From: Candidatus Nanohaloarchaea archaeon
Lineage (GTDB): Archaea > Nanohalarchaeota > Nanosalinia > Nanosalinales > Nanosalinaceae
NCBI GenBank assembly: GCA_046539225.1
Contig: JBKHHG010000014.1
Coordinates: 1-19,633, forward strand
Length of the DNA stretch: 19,633 nucleotides
Direction: 5' to 3'
Shown piece by piece: positions 18,244 through 19,633 of the stretch (positions within the stretch are counted from its first letter, which is position 1; each line of letters starts with the position of its first letter). A program made the position numbers and the translations under genes. Below the pieces are notes generated by a model. It was not told the DNA's origin, did no database searches, and saw only the letters and a program-made list of their open reading frames with translations.

Positions 18244-18305
18244 ACAGATGCACTGTAGTGTATGGGATCGGGGGAGTAAAATTAATCGATGAGAGGAATG
18301 AATAG

Positions 18306-18662
18306 ATGGAGAAAGTTGGCAATGTTTTGATCAATTTGATGCAGGATCTTTCCCGTTACTCGACCAACGGGTCGGCACATATCAGGATCAATAGTTCGAT
18401 GTGCGATCCAAGGAGATTTCAGACCTTGTTCAACCATTTTACTAAAGGCACTGTTCTTGAGAGAATCGACTTGGAAGTGGATGAACTCAATACCTATGTT
18501 GACTGTTCCTGCGGATACACCAAGAACTTTGAAGGGGAGGAGCACTCCGGTTACACAAGGTGTCCAAGATGCGGGAAGTTCGCCGAGGTCAGGGACCGTT
18601 CATACGAACTTGTAAAGCCCAGTCCGGAAGACGCCGCCTTGAGAACCAACGTCCGGTTCTGA
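18306..18662 (+). CDS. HypA/HybF-like zinc-ribbon protein
   Basis: F..LF..FTKGTVLE.IDLEV...VDCSCG...RCPRCG pattern resembles HypA. GAGGA SD-like site upstream. Lacks the N-terminal MHE. Confidence 0.6.
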   Translation: MEKVGNVLINLMQDLSRYSTNGSAHIRINSSMCDPRRFQTLFNHFTKGTVLERIDLEVDELNTYVDCSCGYTKNFEGEEHSGYTRCPRCGKFAEVRDRSYELVKPSPEDAALRTNVRF

Positions 18663-18716
18663 TGAAAAAGGCCTGATGTTTCAAAAAACTTCTTAGAACT
18701 ATATGTTATACGACTT

Positions 18717-18753
18717 GCCGGGGCGGCCAAGTTCAAATCTTGACAACCCGGCG
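18717..18753 (+). other. tRNA-like minihelix (acceptor stem plus T arm), related to the adjacent tRNA-Leu
   Basis: GCCGGG/CCCGGC outer stem, CAAG/CTTG stem closing a TTCAAAT T-loop. No D or anticodon arm. Confidence 0.55.
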
Positions 18754-18773
18754 GAATCAGAGGCCTATACTTT

Positions 18774-18906
18774 GCCGGGGTAGCCAAGTGGTCAAAGGCG
18801 ACGGACTCAAGTACCGCAAGTTCTTCACGATGAAGAACGATGAACTTGAAAGCGCTGAGTTATCCGTTCCCGTAGGGGTTCGCAGGTTCAAATCCTGCCT
18901 CCGGCA
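18774..18906 (+). tRNA. tRNA-Leu(CAA) with 50-nt intron at 37/38 (intron 18812..18861)
   Basis: GCCGGGG-TAGCCAAGTGGTCAAAGGCG-ACGGA-CT CAA G-[intron]-A-TCCGT-long variable arm-GCAGG TTCAAAT CCTGC-CTCCGGC-A. BHB central helix CTCA/TGAG is perfect. Confidence 0.94.
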
Positions 18907-18967
18907 ACTCTATAATTTATCTGAATAGGGTATGAGAAGAGAATGTCGGTGATAGGGGATTAAGGCC

Positions 18968-19306
18968 TTATCCGAGTTCTTCTAGTTCGTTTTGAAGTGT
19001 TTCGAGTTCGGAGTGCAGTTCCTGTACTGAGCCATCGATTTCCATTGACTGGGATGGTTCGATGCTGTTGACGGGTTCCGTGTTCTCTACGCCGGGGAGG
19101 CCTGACTCTATGTTGGCGAGGGAGTCGTCGAGGTGTGCGATGTTTTCGTATAATTTGTTGATGGCGTTTTCGCGTACGGAGCGGACCTGTTCAAGTACTT
19201 CAAGCGCTTTATTTATGTTGGCGATAGTGGACTGGACGTCTCCCAGCCGGTCCTGTAGCTCGTTCTGCGATTCAAGCCTGACGTAAAGCTGCTCATCCCT
19301 GCTCAT
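18968..19306 (-). CDS. Hypothetical acidic coiled-coil protein (112 aa)
   Basis: ORF with heptad-like L/I/V periodicity and acidic composition. Confidence 0.75.
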   Translation of the reverse strand: MSRDEQLYVRLESQNELQDRLGDVQSTIANINKALEVLEQVRSVRENAINKLYENIAHLDDSLANIESGLPGVENTEPVNSIEPSQSMEIDGSVQELHSELETLQNELEELG

Positions 19307-19353
19307 AGGGATAAGTTGTCAGGCCCTGTATAAAAAATGATTTGAAAAGTAGG

Positions 19354-19421
19354 GGTTCAGAGGTGTTCTTTCGTCATCATCCAGGTTACCCTGTCAGACG
19401 ATGTCTTTTCTCATCATCACC
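19354..19421 (-). ncRNA. Box C/D methylation-guide sRNA (dual guide)
   Basis: Minus strand reads GGTG-ATGATGA(C)-GAAAAGACATCGT-CTGA(D')-CAGG GTAA CCTG G-ATGATGA(C')-CGAAAGAACACCT-CTGA(D)-ACC. Four consensus boxes, two 13-nt guides, and a T-rich tract downstream. Confidence 0.9.
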
Positions 19422-19436
19422 AAAAAATATTCAGGC

Positions 19437-19633
19437 CTAAATCTGTTTTTCCTCTCCTTCTGTACTTACTCGTCCGCCCTGCCACTGGCCCTCATAGTCT
19501 CTAACAAGGCCTCCAACCGCCTGTTTGAAGACCATCTCGGCGATTCTGGCGCCTTCCTGTATCTCAAAGGTTTGGTCGCTTACATTCTTAAGTCCGAATA
19601 TTAGAGGGCCTTCATATCCGGGCGATGTGCTTG
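19437..19633 (-). CDS. dUTPase / dCTP deaminase family protein, C-terminal part (truncated by window edge)
   Basis: Own translation STSPGYEGPLIFGLKNVSDQTFEIQEGARIAEMVFKQAVGGLVRDYEGQWQGGRVSTEGEEKQI*. PGYEG, G.RI and Y.GQWQG match the trimeric dUTPase superfamily. Not in the ORF track because the start lies outside the window. Confidence 0.85.
   Translation of the reverse strand, partial: STSPGYEGPLIFGLKNVSDQTFEIQEGARIAEMVFKQAVGGLVRDYEGQWQGGRVSTEGEEKQI

Larger units (their letters stand above)
69..19512. repeat. Highly iterated palindrome AGGCCT (about 100 dispersed copies)
   Basis: Manual count of about 101 copies, e.g. 69, 283, 489, 609, 760, 1037, 1335 ... 19098, 19433, 19507. Confidence 0.92.

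Noticed and set aside
18248..18305. Upstream ATG-CAC (Met-His) that might restore a HypA-like N-terminus by frameshift
   Set aside because: An in-frame TAG lies immediately before ATG 18306, so no frameshift can join them.
18659..18700. CTGATGA suggesting a hammerhead core or C box
   Set aside because: No stem II followed by GAAA and no properly spaced D box. It overlaps a TGA stop codon.
18830..18858. Box C-like ATGAAGA and box D CTGA inside the tRNA-Leu intron
   Set aside because: TGAG is required for the BHB helix with CTCA, ATGAAGA is buried in the GTTCTTCA/TGAAGAAC hairpin, and there is no C'/D' pair.
17598..18928. ORFs 17598..17798, 18551..18787 and 18740..18928
   Set aside because: They overlap tRNA genes or real CDSs and lack the acidic composition of genuine proteins here.
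19401..19604. 67-aa plus-strand ORF
   Set aside because: Antisense to the dUTPase-like CDS and the C/D sRNA.
1..19633. CRISPR array, IS element or integrase
   Set aside because: No regularly spaced long repeats and no transposase or recombinase ORF. AGGCCT spacing is irregular and its flanks are not conserved.

Overview
Core-genome segment of a small halophilic archaeon, most likely Nanohaloarchaeota (DPANN). This placement is inferred from Glu/Asp-rich proteins, archaeal-type PheRS/GlyRS/TrpRS/EndA, BHB-type tRNA introns, tight gene packing and moderate GC. Protein genes: a HerA-like ATPase interrupted in its Walker A motif by a 517-aa LAGLIDADG intein, ndk, a PspC-domain gene, pheS/pheT, a KaiC-like ATPase, a SpoIIM/DUF95 membrane protein, trpS, an AstE/AspA-family hydrolase, pgk, glyS, DoxX, an AN1-Zn-finger rhomboid, endA, rnhB, several hypotheticals and the 3' end of a dUTPase/dCTP deaminase gene that the ORF track misses. 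RNA genes: tRNA-Val(TAC) with a 74-nt intron, initiator tRNA-Met, tRNA-Leu(CAA) with a 50-nt intron, and a box C/D guide sRNA. The most striking unexplained signal is the palindrome AGGCCT, about 100 copies by manual count versus about 4-5 expected. It occurs in all reading frames and in many intergenic spacers but is absent from the intein core, resembling cyanobacterial HIP1. Also notable: a tRNA-Leu-like minihelix, an EndA apparently lacking the catalytic Lys, and attenuator-like hairpins between pheS and pheT.
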